A DNA stretch of 64,000 nt from Chara braunii. Lineage: Eukaryota > Plantae > Charophyceae. This document shows, in pieces, positions 63,076-64,000 of this stretch (its first letter is position 1; each line of letters opens with the position of its first letter). The translations under genes were made by a program, and so were the position numbers. The stretch is taken from contig BFEA01000033.1 in the NCBI GenBank assembly GCA_003427395.1, positions 1,603,116 through 1,667,115 of the forward strand, in the 5' to 3' direction. The notes below the pieces were generated by a model. It saw nothing but the letters and a program-made list of their open reading frames with translations, was not told the origin of the DNA and did no database searches.

Positions 63076-64000
63076 CTGGCATGGGAACTTCAGATAAATC
63101 TTTGTATACCTGCAAAACAGCGAGTCCCACAGACAACAGATCCCGGCCCCAGCAAGCGGACCCTCTAACAACCAGCAGTCAAGCAGTAACAAATTAAAAT
63201 AAAACCTATAAATAAAATAATAAAAATAAATAAATAATAAATATCACATAACAACTCGTCACACCCAACATTTATTGATTGCCTTGGTTTTGGCCCACCA
63301 CTGGCCAGGAATGCCAGACGTCCTCTCAGTCTGACATACCTCATTCGGCTCGCCTCAGGCCAGGACTAGTTAGACCATTTGTCTTGACACCCCCTTTGAC
63401 CTGCCTCCAGGTCAGGACCAGCATACCCACTACTCGAGTATGACAGCCCTTTGACACTCTCGCTAGGACAGGGTGTCGTCACCCTATGACAGTAGACGTC
63501 CCGTCAGTCAAACTGTCTCGAATCCGGATTTGACCACTGCGGTCGGGGACCGGCTCACCCACCAGTTTTTGGCCAAGAGCGCTGGCTGCCCTGCCCAGAT
63601 TTTTGAACGTGGGACCCGGTCTAACCACAGTTCCAGGCTCTGGCGAACCTCACTGGATTGCATCCTCTGACTGCGGTAGGGTTCCAGCTGACCCCTTTCG
63701 ACCTTATAGGCCAGACTCCCGGAGTCTTAGCCTCAGTCGACTACGGAATTCGACACTCGCGTCGGGGACCTCCTGACCCCACCAGATTGCAACCTACTGC
63801 GGTAAGGCTCTGGCTGACCCCGACAATCAATGCATCCTCAGGTTAGAGAAGAAGACCTAGGCACAGATAATCAGGCAAGCATGTCATAACCTTCAAGCAG
63901 ACTGCCAATGCCCCATAATAGGACAAACAAGTCTCAAGAGACTTCCCGTCAGTCTCAAGAGACACTGGACAACAACATGATAACCAACACCAAACCCTTA

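Noticed and set aside
63990-64000. aaaccctta as a telomere start
   Set aside because: Single imperfect motif at the window edge; no array visible.

Overview
Repeat-dominated eukaryotic genomic window; the transposon repertoire and gene style fit a streptophyte alga such as Chara (inference). One intact host gene is supported: a 4-exon RanBP1-family gene (40631-46213, +, 231 aa). The left ~27 kb is a ~97-bp satellite array carrying three diverged Penelope-like retroelements (PLEs) of the permuted Naiad/Chlamys type. Each has an upstream gag-like ORF1 (CCHC knuckle, coiled coil, SAP-like C-terminus), then N-terminal GIY-YIG endonuclease + RT. Two elements carry pseudo-LTRs with minimal hammerhead ribozymes. 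Two unrelated elements sit in opposite orientations at the same CCTAGG palindrome of the satellite unit, each with an ~11-bp target duplication. The pol ORF lacks an AUG upstream of the GIY-YIG domain (in element 1 it is in frame behind a single ORF1 stop), and its catalytic motif is TERT-like RLVDD. The window also holds a complete but decayed PIF/Harbinger transposon (32347-39052), MITE/foldback elements, a chromovirus-type Gypsy remnant with its 3' LTR, a second very degenerate LTR-element remnant, microsatellites and assembly gaps. All calls are by eye; no searches were run.
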